Source: Narcine bancroftii (taxonomy: Eukaryota). From it: a DNA stretch of 64,000 nucleotides. A program made the translations under genes and the position numbers. Positions 35,798 to 48,359 of this stretch are shown one piece after another (the stretch's first letter is position 1; the number at the start of each line of letters is the position of its first letter). The notes below the pieces were generated by a model, which saw only the letters and a list, made by a program, of their open reading frames with translations, had not been told where the DNA came from and did not search any database. Where the stretch lies: assembly GCF_036971445.1 (NCBI RefSeq), contig NC_091473.1, positions 210,924,001 through 210,988,000 of the forward strand, written 5' to 3'.

Positions 35798-38700
35798 GAT
35801 GCCGTAAACATTCAGTATTTAAACAAACTAAACCATCCTGTCCCTCAATAGCTACCCACCAAGTGTTACCCTGGGCAGGTGTCACTATTTCCCCTTTTAA
35901 AGGAGGGCCACTACCTGGTGGTGCCACCCATACCTTTTGTCCAACATTCTCTGGCTCGGTAATGAGGGGGCAATGACTGTTTTTCCTCTGGAATAGGCTG
36001 TAGTTCAGAAGCGTGAAGAAGTTGGTGGAAAGGTCTACCTCCCTTTAAAGAGCGATGATTCAAATTTTTGACTGCCTGCTGCAGCACATGGCACCACCCC
36101 TTCAGGGTCCCCAGTGGTGTTAATAAACGAATCTGTTCCTTCAGTAAGCCGTTCATTCGTTCAACTAACCTGGCAGCCTGTGGGTAATAACGAATATGGT
36201 GGACCCATAAGATACTGTTGTCAGTTGCCCAATCACTGATTGCCTTCCCAGAGAAGTGCGAGCCATTATCAGACTGAATCTCCTCTGGTACATCATAACG
36301 AGAAATTAAATGGTTTAGTCCTTGAATAGTGCTAGCTTGGTCACCCGTCTTGGTGGGAAAAGCAAAAACCAGGCCCGAAAAGGTGTCAACCATTTCTAGG
36401 ACGTAACGTTTACCCATACAGTCTGGCATGGGGCCTATGTAATCAATTTGCCAAACCGTAGCTGTGCAAGCTCCCCATCTTATTCGGCCATGTGGACTAG
36501 GAGGAACGGTGCGGGATTTCATAAGCCGGCATGCTGGGCATGTACGCATGAACATGCGACTTCATCCTGATGGACAGGTAAGGCATGTGCACGGGCCCAC
36601 ATACCTGATCCCTTCTCCCCCAAATGGCCACTCTGTTCATGTGCCCATTGAGCCAGGGGGACGGTATCGGTGCGGCTGATAGTGGCAAGCTGATCTGCTA
36701 CTGCATTATGTTGTGCCATGTTCATCGTCGCATTGGTATGGGCGTCAACGTGATATACGGTTATCTCACGATGGTGGGAAGCATCCCACAACAGCTGCCA
36801 CAACTGTTTGCCCCATACTGGGCAGTCATGTATCAGCCAGTCGTTCTTTTGCCAATCAGGCATCCATACCACTAGTCCATTAGCCACAACCCAGGAATCA
36901 GTAAACAGTCGAAGAGGGTGATCATGGGGGTCTAGTGGTAAAGTGACCGCCTTCAACTCAGCATATTGGTTGGAGCCACCATCCACCTCCTCCAATAAAT
37001 TAGTTCCCGACCTGGGATGGTAAGCCACCGCCTTCCACTTCTGCTTTCCTTGCACCCAACGGCTGCTACCATCGGTAAACCAGTGTCCTCTTGTTCTGCT
37101 GGAGTGAGCGAATCATATGGTTTACCCCATGAACTGGTGAAAGGGGTAGGGGAGGGGGCAACGTCCTCATGATTAGATGGATTATCAGCCACCTGTTCGT
37201 GTATGCGGCCCACCCATTCAGGCCCTCCGGTCACGTTACTCTGAATATACCACTTCCATTTGACAATAGAAGATTGCTGAGCTCGCCCGATCTTTAGATT
37301 AGCATTATTAGCCAGGATCCAGTTCATTATTGGAAGTGCAGGTCACAACTGAACATCTGCATCACCTATCATTCTTTCTGTCTCCAGCAGGGCCCAGTAA
37401 CAACCCAGTAACTGTTGTTCAAAAGCAGAATAACGAGGGGCAGCCTCGAGCATGGTTCATGATCAGAATACCAGAGGGACTCGGTGGCCTTCTTGTTTCT
37501 GCCAGAGGCTCCAGGAGGCCACATAATCAGTAACGGAGACCTATAGTTCATAGGGGGTATTTGGGATGCGGGGAGAAATGGACAGGGCCTGAAGAATAGC
37601 CTGCTTGGCGGACTGGAATGCCCTTTCCTGATCTTTACCCCCATAAAAAGTCTGTTTTCTTTCGGGTAACCTTTTTTAGAGGACATAAAAGCAACGCCAA
37701 GTGTGGAATATGGCATTGCCAGTATCCCAATGACCCTAGGAAATGCTGGGTCTCCTTTTTACTAGTAGGAGTGGCTAAAACTGCGATCTTATTGCGAACT
37801 TTATTGGGAACCACCTGTTCTCCAGCAATTTAGGAATTCCTAAATTCCAAGGAAAATAGCTGTCTGGGACGGGCCCTGCACCTTGGCGGGGTTAATGGCC
37901 CACCCTCTTTGCATCAGACTATCTTGGACACTCTCCATACCTTCCTGTACCATCTCTTCTATGGCCCCTTGGATCATCACATCATCAATATAATGGTGAA
38001 TCAAGAGAGAAGGCAATACTGGCACCGCCTCCAAACCATGGGCAATTAGGCTGTGGCAAATCATGGGAGAGTGTACATTGCCCTGAGGGAGGCGGGTGAA
38101 GGTATACTGGCGCCTCTTCCAAGTAAAGGCAACTGATCCTGTGAGACCTCAGCTATAAGAATACTGAAGAAGGCATTAGCGAGATCAATGACAGCATACC
38201 ATGTTCCCGAGTTCCCAGTAGCAATGTTTTCAATAAGGGTAACAATGTCTGGAACTGCCGAAGCAAGTGGTGGGGCATGTTTGTTCAAAAAACGATAATC
38301 AACTGTAATTCTCCAGGAGCCATCCGGCTTCTGGACCAGCCAAACAGGTCTGTTAAAGGGCGGCGTTGCGGGCCTCACTATCCCTTCTTCTTGCAAAGCA
38401 TTGATGGTGGCAGTAATCTCTTCTTGCCCTCCAGGGAGGCGATATTGTGGAATGCATACTGGTTTTGGTGTGGGGGGGGGGGGTGGAGGCACCATCACAG
38501 GATCCTACTTAGCCCGACCCACCACTAGTCTTTTTGTAATAGTCCGAATTCCAAATTCAAATCCCCCTTGGCTAGTATTAAGGGCCGTACCGGCCAACAT
38601 ATTAATACCCAGGATACACTTGTTAGTAGCAGCCACCAGGGCATGTAACCATACAGGGGAAGGGCCATCACCCACCATGGCATGGACTTTTATTTCCTTC

Positions 38701-38924
38701 GCCTGGGTGATCGCTGCTCCCATCTCCTCTATTCGAAATGTTGGTCCAGTCCAGAGTTCAGAGTTACCAGGAATCACCGAATGCTCCACACCGGTATCGA
38801 CCAAAGTCAAATATTGGCGGTCATTACCCCCACCCCAATGGATTGTTAACGGTATGTAGGACCGCAGGTCCCCGTGTATCCGCCGTATCTCAATGGAGTA
38901 GACACAGGTATCCCGCCTACACCC
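35790..38924 (-). pseudogene. pol: Class III pro-pol, frameshifted
   Basis: ORFs 38505..38810 (PR DTG), 38061..38498 and 37840..38064 (RT), 36519..37327 (connection/RNase H), 35911..36555 (IN). Confidence 0.92.
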
Positions 38925-40802
38925 TCATGCCTTAGTAGGGTTCGAGGGCTTCCAGGACCACATGCTACTATTATCCATAAGAGCCTTTTTAACCATTTGT
39001 TGTATCTCTTCACGGGTAACTGGAGCAAGAGAAGCTGGCTCGATAGGAGCAGCAGTGGGAGCAGAAGGCACAGCTGGGCCAGGAGGACTTAACAGCTGGG
39101 GATTATGTTCCCCTGCTTTCCTCTTATAAAAGACCACGGTAGGTTTCCCATCAATATCACTTTTAGGTACGCCTAACTTTAACAAGGTTAGAAAAAGGTC
39201 CTTTCTTGTTGATCCTTTATTAGCAACAGTCCCTCTCCTTTCATCCTGCTTGTCTGATTTAACCTGGGTTGTACGTAAGTGGATTTTACCTCCCAACTCT
39301 AATTCTCAAAACCCAGATAAGGTGTGCACCGCCTCAGACACAGGGTGCACAATTAGCGGACTAGTTACAGACAGAACCAGTTCCTGTACAGTGGGTTAGG
39401 CGGAATGAACCAATCGGGTATGCATTCTGGCCATGAACATCTCTTCGTCAGGGCTCCCCCCATGTACCGACTGCCTCAAACGCCCTGCATACAAGGCAGA
39501 AGCCAGGGCCTGTTGACGAATTACTGCTATACCCTCCTCTGGGTTGCCCCAATTGTTCTGAAATTGTAAATCCCAATCTACTGATGATGGGTATACTCAT
39601 AGCAGGGCATCCCCTAGAGTGGCGAGTAAGTAATCCACCCCTCTCATTCTACCACATAGCTCAGCAGTGACCCAGATATCAGTAGTCAATGTTCCTAATC
39701 CCAACAATTCCTCAGGGATTAAATATACATGAGCCCCTCCTTGTTCCCAAACGCACAGGAGCCAGGCCACCGGAGTTTCTCCCGTCTTTTGCCTAAGTCG
39801 ATCTCCAATGGCGGCCATTCTTTTATAGAGAAGTCACGTATCGTTGACTGCTCCTGACCCATGTTCCCACTTTGGCCCACAGGCCCTCTACCCAGTGGAC
39901 GGGGGGAGGCCGAGGCCATCCTGTCGAGGGGGAGGCCATAGAGTATAAGCAGGGATTGAGTACCTTCCCCTGGGTCCACTTGGGGGTGCATCTTGTCTTG
40001 GGTAAACTTATACCTCTCATTTTGTTCATTTAGATTGGTCACAGTGTTTGAGCTACCGAAAGAAAATAGACACACACACCGAGAGCAGTTCAGTTTATAC
40101 AAATGTTTATTACTAATTCAAAAGCTGATTTCACATTACAATATGCAAGCCCTTCCCAACTATACTTATCAACGCTTGGACTGGTCCCAACTGCCGAAGC
40201 GAGGCAACGACTGCACACTTGTAGTAGGTTGTCAGGGCGCTGGTAGCAGCTTCTTCACCTCCCCCGACCGGGACGTTGCTCGGACTCTGGCTGTTCTTCC
40301 TTCTTGACAAGGGGTGTTCCCACCCCTCGGAAAGTCTAAACTTCAGCAGCAGGACCACAGGCTTATATACCCCAAAAACAATTAATCATGCGCCTACTCC
40401 TTCTAATATTTGTCAGTCAAAATCAAAACTGAACATTACATTCTACAATTTAGAAGATTAATTATTATGGAACCAGGATGTTATAACTTCCTGGTTTATC
40501 TCGTAGATACAAAGACTTATTAAAACTTCTCGAGCAAGACAGGTTGTGACCAATTCGTCAATTTCAGAGTGTTGCATTTGACAACTGCTTTCCCTGGGCC
40601 TCACAGTGGAATTCCATTTCAAAGTGTATCTTCAGATAAGTCCCCATGGCTGAGTTTAATTACATCTGCTAGTTCTGAAAGTAAGGTGACCTGCATGTGG
40701 ACCCAGTGTCATCAGTTCCACATAAGCAAAAAGCATCTGGGTACATGGTTTTAATCCTCCATTACATTCCACCCCTTGGTCACAATCTGTCATTTGCGAG
40801 GC

Positions 40803-41234
40803 CTAACCAGTATTCGAGTACAGAGGGAGCGAAAAAAGAGAAATCAAAACAACAATTACAAAGATAAGCAATGACGCGAGCAACCAACGGAGGATAGTGT
40901 GGCCCACTCCCCCAAATGTAGCAGTTAGCCATGAGAAAGGATTCCAACCAAGGCTCAAATTATCCTTGTTGGCCACAATACCCAGATACTGGAGCTCACG
41001 AACAGATTTTGAAACATGCTGAACAATAACAAATTTATATAAGCTGCACTTGAGGCTGGTGACTGAGGACTTCCTTGGTGTAATGCATCGGACCGTGTTT
41101 CCCATGGGGAACTCCCTTGGAACGTCCTCGACATTACAAATCCAATTGCTGGCATCAAAGCAGCTGTTAAGCCAGATCACCAGGAGTGTAAAATGGAGAA
41201 CCTGGAACAAAGAAGCCTGACACATGTCACTCAC
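40803..41234 (-). CDS. env: Mini-env ORF (signal peptide plus SU start fused in frame to TM anchor)
   Basis: N-part matches 35543..35797 and C-part matches the end of 34283..34996; expression unknown. Confidence 0.6.
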   Translation of the reverse strand: MSDMCQASLFQVLHFTLLVIWLNSCFDASNWICNVEDVPREFPMGNTVRCITPRKSSVTSLKCSLYKFVIVQHVSKSVRELQYLGIVANKDNLSLGWNPFSWLTATFGGVGHTILRWLLASLLIFVIVVLISLFSLPLYSNTG

Positions 41235-43662
41235 GATACCATAAGCGTTCAGTGTTTAAACAGACTAAATCATCCTGTCCCTCAATAGCTACCCACCGAG
41301 TGTTACCCTGGGCAGGTGTCACTATTTCCCCTTTTACAGGAGGGCCACTACCTGGTGGTGCCACCCATACCTTTTGTCCAACATTCTCTAGTTCGGGAAT
41401 GGGGGGCAATGACTGTTTTTCCTCTGGAATAGGCTGTAATTCAGGAGCGTGAAGAAGTCGGTGGAAAGGTGTACCTCCTTTTAAAGGGCGATGATTCAAA
41501 TTGTCGACTGCCTGCTGCAGCACATGGCACCATCCCTTCTGGGTCCCCAGTGATGTTAACAAACGAATTTGTTCCTTCAGTAAGCCGTTCATTTGTTCAA
41601 CTAACCCGGCAGCCTGCGGGTAATAAGGAATATGGTGGACCCATAAAATACCGTTGTCATTTGCCCAATCACAGATTGCTTTCCCGGAGAAGTGCGAGCC
41701 ATTATCAGAGTGAATCTCCTCTGGAACATCATAACGATAAATCAAATGGTTTAGTCCTTGGATAGTGCTAGCTTGGTCAGCTGTCTTGGTGGGAAAAGTA
41801 AAAACCAGGCCCGAAAAGGTGTCAACCATTACTAGGACGTAATATTTACCCATACAGTCTAGCATGGGGCCTATGTAATCAATTTGCCAGACCGCAGCTG
41901 AGCGAACACCCCGTTTTATTTGGCCATGCGGACCAGGTGGAACGGTATGGAACTTCACAAGCTGACATTCTAGGCATGTACGTACGACCATGCGGACATC
42001 ATCCTGATGGACGGATAAAGCATGTGTACGGGACCACATAGCTGATCCCTTCTCCCCCAAATGACCACTCTGTTCATGTGCCCATCGAGCCAGGGGGACG
42101 GTATCAGCACAGCTGATAGTGGCAAGCTGATCTGCTACTGCATTATGTTGAGCCATGTTAGTCGCCATATTGGTATGGGCATCAACGTGATAAACGGTTA
42201 TCTCACGATGGTGGGAAGCATCCCACAACAGCTGCCACAACTCTTTGCCCCATACTGGGCGGTCATGTATCATCCAGTTGTTCTTTTGCAAATCAGGCAT
42301 CCATACCACAAGTCCATTAGCCAAAGCCCAGGAATCAGTAAACAGGCGAAGAGGGTGATCATGGGGATCTAGTGGTAAAGTGACTGCCTTCAACTCATCA
42401 TACTGACTGGAGCCACCATCCCCCTCCTCCGATAAGTGAGTTCCTGACCTGGTATGGTAAGCCACCTGTTCGTGTACGCGGCCCACCCCTTCAGGCCCTC
42501 TGGTCGCATGACTCTGAATATACCACTTCCATTTAACAATAGAAGACTGCTGAGCCCGCCCGATCTTTAGATTAGCATCATTAGCCATGACCCAATTCAT
42601 TATAGGAAGTGCAGGTCGCAATTGAACATCTGCATCACCTGTCATTCTTTCAGTCTCGAGCAGGGCCCAGTAACAGGCTAGTAACTGTTGTTCAAAAGCA
42701 GAATAACGAGCGGCAGCCTCGGGCATGGTATGTGACCAGAATCCCAGTGGGACTCGGCGACCCTCTTGTTTCTGCCAGAGGCTCCAGGAGGCCACATCAT
42801 CAATATAATGGTGAATTGAGAGGGAAGGCGATACTGGAAGGTGGGTGAAGTTATACTGGCGCCCCTTCCAGGTAAAGGCGAACTGATCCTGTGAGTCCTC
42901 AGCTATAAGAATACTGAAGAAGGCGTTAGCGAGATCAATGACAGCATACCATGTTCCTGAGTTCCCAGTAGCAATGTTTTCAATAAGGGTGACAATGTCC
43001 GGAACTGCTGAAGCAAGTGGTGGGGCATGTTTGTTCAAAAAACGATAATCAACTGTCATTCTCCAGGAGCCGTCCGGCTTCTGGACCGGCCAAACGGGGC
43101 TATTAAAGGGCGATGTTACGGGCCTCACTACCCCTTCTTCTTGCAGAGCATCGATGGTGGCAGTAATCTCTTCCTGCCCCCCAGGGAGACGATATTGTGG
43201 AATGCACACTGGTTTCATGGGGGCTGGCACCATCACAGGATCCCACTTAGCCTGACCCACTACTAGTTTTTTTGTAATAGTTCGAATTCCAAATTCAAAT
43301 CCCCCTTGGCTAGTATTAAGGGCCATACCGGCCAACATATTAATACCCAGGATACACTCGTCAGTAGCAGCCACCAGGGCATGTAACCAGACAGGGGAAG
43401 GGCTATCACCCACCATGGCACAGACTTTTATTTCCTTTGCCAGGGTGACCGCACCTCCCAACCCCTCTATTCGAAAGGCCGGTCCAGTCCAGAGGTCGGG
43501 ATTACCAGGAATCACCGAGCGCTCTGCACCGGTGTCGACCAAAGCCAAGTATTGGCGATCATTACCCCCACCCCAGTGGATTGTTAACGGTATGTAGGGC
43601 CGTGGATCCCCGTGTGTGCGCCGTGTCTCGATGGAGTAGACACGGGAATCCTGCCCACACCT
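41227..43662 (-). CDS. pol: Open pro-pol frame: PR, deleted RT, deleted RNase H, intact IN
   Basis: ORF 41227..43548 (773 aa) stays open upstream to the gag TGA; DTG, YIDD, HHCC and D-D-E motifs present. Confidence 0.8.
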   Translation of the reverse strand, partial: RCGQDSRVYSIETRRTHGDPRPYIPLTIHWGGGNDRQYLALVDTGAERSVIPGNPDLWTGPAFRIEGLGGAVTLAKEIKVCAMVGDSPSPVWLHALVAATDECILGINMLAGMALNTSQGGFEFGIRTITKKLVVGQAKWDPVMVPAPMKPVCIPQYRLPGGQEEITATIDALQEEGVVRPVTSPFNSPVWPVQKPDGSWRMTVDYRFLNKHAPPLASAVPDIVTLIENIATGNSGTWYAVIDLANAFFSILIAEDSQDQFAFTWKGRQYNFTHLPVSPSLSIHHYIDDVASWSLWQKQEGRRVPLGFWSHTMPEAAARYSAFEQQLLACYWALLETERMTGDADVQLRPALPIMNWVMANDANLKIGRAQQSSIVKWKWYIQSHATRGPEGVGRVHEQVAYHTRSGTHLSEEGDGGSSQYDELKAVTLPLDPHDHPLRLFTDSWALANGLVVWMPDLQKNNWMIHDRPVWGKELWQLLWDASHHREITVYHVDAHTNMATNMAQHNAVADQLATISCADTVPLARWAHEQSGHLGEKGSAMWSRTHALSVHQDDVRMVVRTCLECQLVKFHTVPPGPHGQIKRGVRSAAVWQIDYIGPMLDCMGKYYVLVMVDTFSGLVFTFPTKTADQASTIQGLNHLIYRYDVPEEIHSDNGSHFSGKAICDWANDNGILWVHHIPYYPQAAGLVEQMNGLLKEQIRLLTSLGTQKGWCHVLQQAVDNLNHRPLKGGTPFHRLLHAPELQPIPEEKQSLPPIPELENVGQKVWVAPPGSGPPVKGEIVTPAQGNTRWVAIEGQDDLVCLNTERLWYRE

Positions 43663-44773
43663 TCAGGCTTCAGAAGGGTTCGGGGGCTTCCAGGACCACA
43701 TGCTATTGTTATCTTTAAGAGCCTGTTTAACCCATTGTTTTACCTCATCATGAGTAACTGGAGCAGGAGAAGCCAGCTCGATAGAAGCAGCAGTGGGAGC
43801 AGAAAGCACAGCTGGGCCAGGAGGACTCAGCAGCTGGGGATGATGTTCCCCTGCTTTTTGCCTAAATCGATCTCCAATGGCAGCCAGCTCTTTTGCAGAG
43901 AAATCACGGATCATTGACTCCTTCTGACCCCTGTTCCCACTTCGGCTCACAGGGTCCTCCACCCAGTCTAGGGGAGGAGGTGGAGGCCATCCAACAGAGG
44001 GAGTAGGCAGGGGTTTGGGTATTTTCCCCTGGGTCCACATGGGAAACCGGGGTATCTATCCCTTCCATCTCTACCCTTACATCATCCCCCCTTCTGTCTG
44101 TTTGGGAAATCTGCTGCCTTATAGGGCGGGCGTGAACAGCAGATGGAGAGGGTAGTATGTTAGACACATGCTGAGGAGTATCTGCATTATTACCATTGTC
44201 ATTCCAGATATTCCCATCCCAATCCTCAATTACATCAGGATCGTCACCATTCCTTATCATGGCATGAATACGATATGGATCGGGTTCTACTCCATGCCTT
44301 TCCTTATCTGCACAGAGCTGCTGCTGGAGTTTAATATTACGGCAAATCATTTGGACATGCTTATCTTCCCATTCTTTGGCTCTGTCCTGACTGGTGCGAA
44401 CAATCTCGCTCATCATGGAACAGCATTGTCGCAGGACTTGTAGCTCCTCCTCTAATTGCTTTCTTTTGCACTGAGATTCTACTTCTCTTTGAATTAATTC
44501 TGCTTCATGCTGAACGGAGTGGCGTAATGCTGTGGCCAGCAACCAAAAACCATTCGTCAGCGTTCCCTTTTTATCAGGAAATTTACTTTGTCGAAGGAGA
44601 GTGGCAACCTGCTCTCCCAGAGATGCACTTGATGAGTCTAACTTCTCATCCCAACTAATGGGTGGTCCCAACAAAGACAGGATATTGGCCAACATGCCAA
44701 ACCCATCGTCTTTGGAAGTCCATCCAGGAATCAAGAACTGCTCAGGGCTCACCTGTTTCTTTCGGCGAAACAT
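43663..44773 (-). pseudogene. gag: Class III gag, capsid deleted, one frameshift
   Basis: ATG 44773 MFRRKKQ; ORFs 43904..44839 and 43663..44040; homologous to 45577-46280 and 38925-39993. Confidence 0.8.
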
Positions 44774-44783
44774 CTTGAGACCA

Positions 44784-44801
44784 ATCCTGCTCGCAGCGCC
44801 A
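44784..44801 (-). promoter_or_regulatory. tRNA-Ser primer binding site
   Basis: TGGCGCTGCGAGCAGGAT, near-complement of the vertebrate tRNA-Ser(CGA/TGA) 3' end as recalled; also at 46291-46308. Confidence 0.8.
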
Positions 44802-46379
44802 ATTGTCTTGGGTAAACTTATACCTCTCATTTTGTTCATTTAGATTGGTCACAGTGTTTGAGCTACCGAAAGAAAATAGACACACACACCGAGAGCAGTT
44901 CAGTTTATACAAATGTTTATTACTAATTCAAAAGCTGATTTCACACTACAATATGCAAGCCCTTCCCAACTATACTTATCAACGCTTGGACTGGTCCCAA
45001 CTGCCGAAGCGAGGCAACGACTGCACACTTGTAGTAGGTTGTCAGGGCGCTGGTAGCAGCTTCTCCACCTCCCCCGACCGGGACGTTGCTCGGACTCTGG
45101 CTGTTCTTCCTTCTTGACAAGGGGTGTTCCCACCCCTCGGAAAGTCTAAACTTCAGCAGCAGGACCACAGGCTTATATACCCCAAAAACAATTAATCATG
45201 CGCCTACTCCTTCTAATATTTGTCAGTCAAAATCAAAACTGAACATTACATTCTACAATTTAGAAGATTAATTATTATGGAACCAGGATGTTATAACTTC
45301 CTGGTTTATCTCGTAGATACAAAGACTTATTAAAACTTCTCGAGCAAGACAGGTTGTGACCAATTCGTCAATTTCAGAGTGTTGCATTTGACAACTGCTT
45401 TCCCTGGGCCTCACAGTGGAATTCCATTTCAAAGTGTATCTTCAGATAAGTCCCCATGGCTGAGTTTAATTACATCTGCTAGTTCTGAAAGTAAGGTGAC
45501 CTGCATGTGGACCCAGTGTCGTCAGTTCCACATAAGCAAAAAGCATCTGGGTACATGGTTTTAATCCTCCATTACACATCTATCCTTTCAATCTCTACCA
45601 TTACATCACCCCCTTCTCCGTCTCAGTCTGTTTGGGAAGTCCGCTGCCTTTCAGGGCAGTTGTGAACAGTGGGTGGAGAGGGGAGTACGTCAGCCACATG
45701 CCAAGGGGTATCTGCATTATTACCATTGTTATCATACCACATATTCCCGTCCCAATCATCAATTACATGAGGATCATCGACATTCCTTATCATGGCACGA
45801 ATACGATGTGGATCGGGTTCTACCCCTTTCTTTTCCTTAGATGCACAGAGCTGCTGCCAGAGTTCAATATTATGGCAGATCATTTGGACATGCTTATCCT
45901 CCCATTCTTTGGCTCAGTCCTAACTGGCGCGACCAATCTCGCTCATCATGGAACAGCATTGTCACATGGCTTCTATCTCCTCCTCTAGTTGCTCTCTCTT
46001 GTGCTGGGATTTTACTTCTCACTGAACTAATTCTGCTTCACACTGAATGGTGCAGCGTAAGGCTGTGGCCAGCAGCCAAAAACCGTCCCTCAGCATCCCC
46101 TTTTTATCAGGAAATTTACTCTCTTGAAGGAGAGTGGCAACCCGCTCTTCCAGAGGTGCACTTGATGGATCTAACCTCTCATCCTAACTAATGGGTGGTC
46201 CCAACAAACCCATCATCTTTGGAAGTCCATCCCGGAATCAAGAACTGCTCAGCGCTCACCTCTTTCTTTCGGCAAAACATCTTGAGACCAACCCTGCTCG
46301 CAGCGCCAATTGTCTTGGGTAAACTTGTACCTCTCACTCTGTTCATTTTAGATTGGTCACAGTGTTTGAGCTATTGAAT

Positions 46380-48330
46380 GAATAATCCCTAACAGCAGGA
46401 TGCATCCTCCTACAACTGTTTTCCCTTTTGCATTAGCTAACTGCATAAAAACATCTTGTATATATCGTCTACATTCAATGAATGCATGTTCATCAAAGTC
46501 AAATATTCAGAATATTTTTTACAATTTGTCATCACATACCTTCCCACTTTATCAATCATTATATCCAGTACTTCAACTTGTCAACTCTTATTTATTAATA
46601 TTGCCACTCCTCTAGCTTTAGAATTACTAGCTCTTGCTTTAGAATTACTAGCTCTACCCTTTCTACCAAATCTCTCTTTAATTTCTTATGTTCAATTTCT
46701 GTCAAATGAGTTTCTTGAAATTTTTTTTCATATAACTCAATAATATTTTTCTCTTTATTGGATTCTGAATTCAATTAATTTCAATACTAATAAATGGCAA
46801 TTTCTCCACCATTAGACATCAGAATTCAAACCTATATCTATCCAGCATCCCCCTCCACCTCACCATCAACCCAACCCTCCTTGTATAATATATTACAATT
46901 ATATAAAGTCCAAGCTAAAAATGAAAAGGGGAAAAGATAAGAAAATGGGAAAAAAGATAAGAAAGAACCCCAGAGGCACATAATGTTAAAACTTCTCTAT
47001 TCCCCTGATCAATACGGGATGTAAAGCATGTCACATTGGTGCCTATGACGTAGTGGTCAGCATCACATACCTCACTAACTGACTCAAAACACTATACCAT
47101 CCCTTACTATAAACTTTTTAATACATTAATCTTACCCAGTATAATAGATCACACACAATACAGGTTAAACCTTCCTCCCCCTTTGAACTCTCTCAAAACT
47201 CAATATATTTTCAGTTACAGCAAAATTTCTCAATTATGAAATTAATTCAGGTATTGACAACCATCTGCTGATCTTTTAGCAGGCAGTGAATCAACATATT
47301 CCTTTGCTTCATTAGGCTCAGTAAAAAAATCTATTCTTCCCTCCCAGGATGAATACCTTCAAAACATCTGGATATCTCAAAACAAAGGCATAGCCTTTTT
47401 TCCACAATTCATCTTTAACTGGATTAAACTCTTTACTCTTTTTCAAGAAATCAGGACTTGTATCTGGATAAAAGAAAATCTTCTTTCCATTATTAATCTT
47501 TAGCTTGTTTCACTGCCAGCTCCAATATCTTCTCTCTTACTTCATATCGAAGGAATCTGACAAATATCGGACGGGACTTTGGTCAGGCTGAGGTTTAGGT
47601 CTCAATGCCCTATGGGCTCATTCAATCTCCAAATCACCTTGAAATTCAGCCTGACCCAAAGATTCCGGTATCCAGCATTGCAGAAATCTTTTCAAGTCTT
47701 GACCCTTGTCCCCTTCTTTAAGTCTAACAACCTTGATGTTATTCCATCTACTAAAGTTTTCCAAAATATCAATTTTTTGCATTAATTGGTCATGCTTAAC
47801 AGCTGCCTCACTTGTACTTTCTTAATTGGACCTTTAATATTTTGAATCTCTAACACATTCCCTTTAATTTTTCCATCCAGTATTTCAAATCTAATGCCCA
47901 CCTGTTGCATTAATCTTTCCATCTTATCACCATAGTTCCTTACTTCACCAGTTAACACTTCCATAGATTGTCGAAAAAGTCTAACATTTGCTTTAATTCA
48001 CCAGAAGATAAAGACATTTTTGTACCCTTTTCTGTTTTTTTTTTCTTGATTGTAGTTCATTCTTGTTCTTTCCTTTGCTTTTCCAGATCTTCTTCTTGAT
48101 CACTGAAGCTGTGAGTGTCTGGAATCTTTTTTTAAAATTTCCTCCTTTTTTTGTGCTCTTGCACATGCACGACTCTTCACGCATGGGCAGAGTCACTTCT
48201 TCACCTGATGATGACGGCCATTGTCGGGGAGACCTTGTGCAGCTATTTCCAAAGTCTCCCCAGCTTCTGGCCACTCTTCTTTGGATATTATTTTGTGAAC
48301 AGTCCTAGGAGGCCTCTCTTCATTTTCTTG
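46380..48330 (-). mobile_element. L1-clade LINE 5' part (ORF1 plus endonuclease start), decayed
   Basis: RPIFVRFLRYEVREKIL, KIFFYPD, LRYPDVLK (ORF1); KARGVAILINK..DKVGRYV (EN). Confidence 0.75.
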
Positions 48331-48359
48331 TTCCTTTTCTTGTTTCAACACATTTCCTA

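Larger units (their letters stand above)
39994..45576 (-). mobile_element. Young internally deleted class III ERV nested in the gag of its older relative
   Basis: 773-bp LTRs 39994-40766 and 44804-45576 with ~3 differences seen; perfect TSD CATCT; PBS and PPT intact. Confidence 0.96.
33529..46378 (-). mobile_element. Older class III (ERV-S/L-like) provirus with env, interrupted in gag
   Basis: 3' LTR 33529-34259; PPT AAGGGGTGGAA; env; pol (YIDD, KWKWYIQ, WQIDYIGP); gag split at 39993/45577; PBS 46291-46308; truncated 5' LTR 46311-46378. Confidence 0.92.

Noticed and set aside
46984-47162. Possible small solo LTR within L1
   Set aside because: TG..CA ends are plausible but there is no clear TSD or second copy
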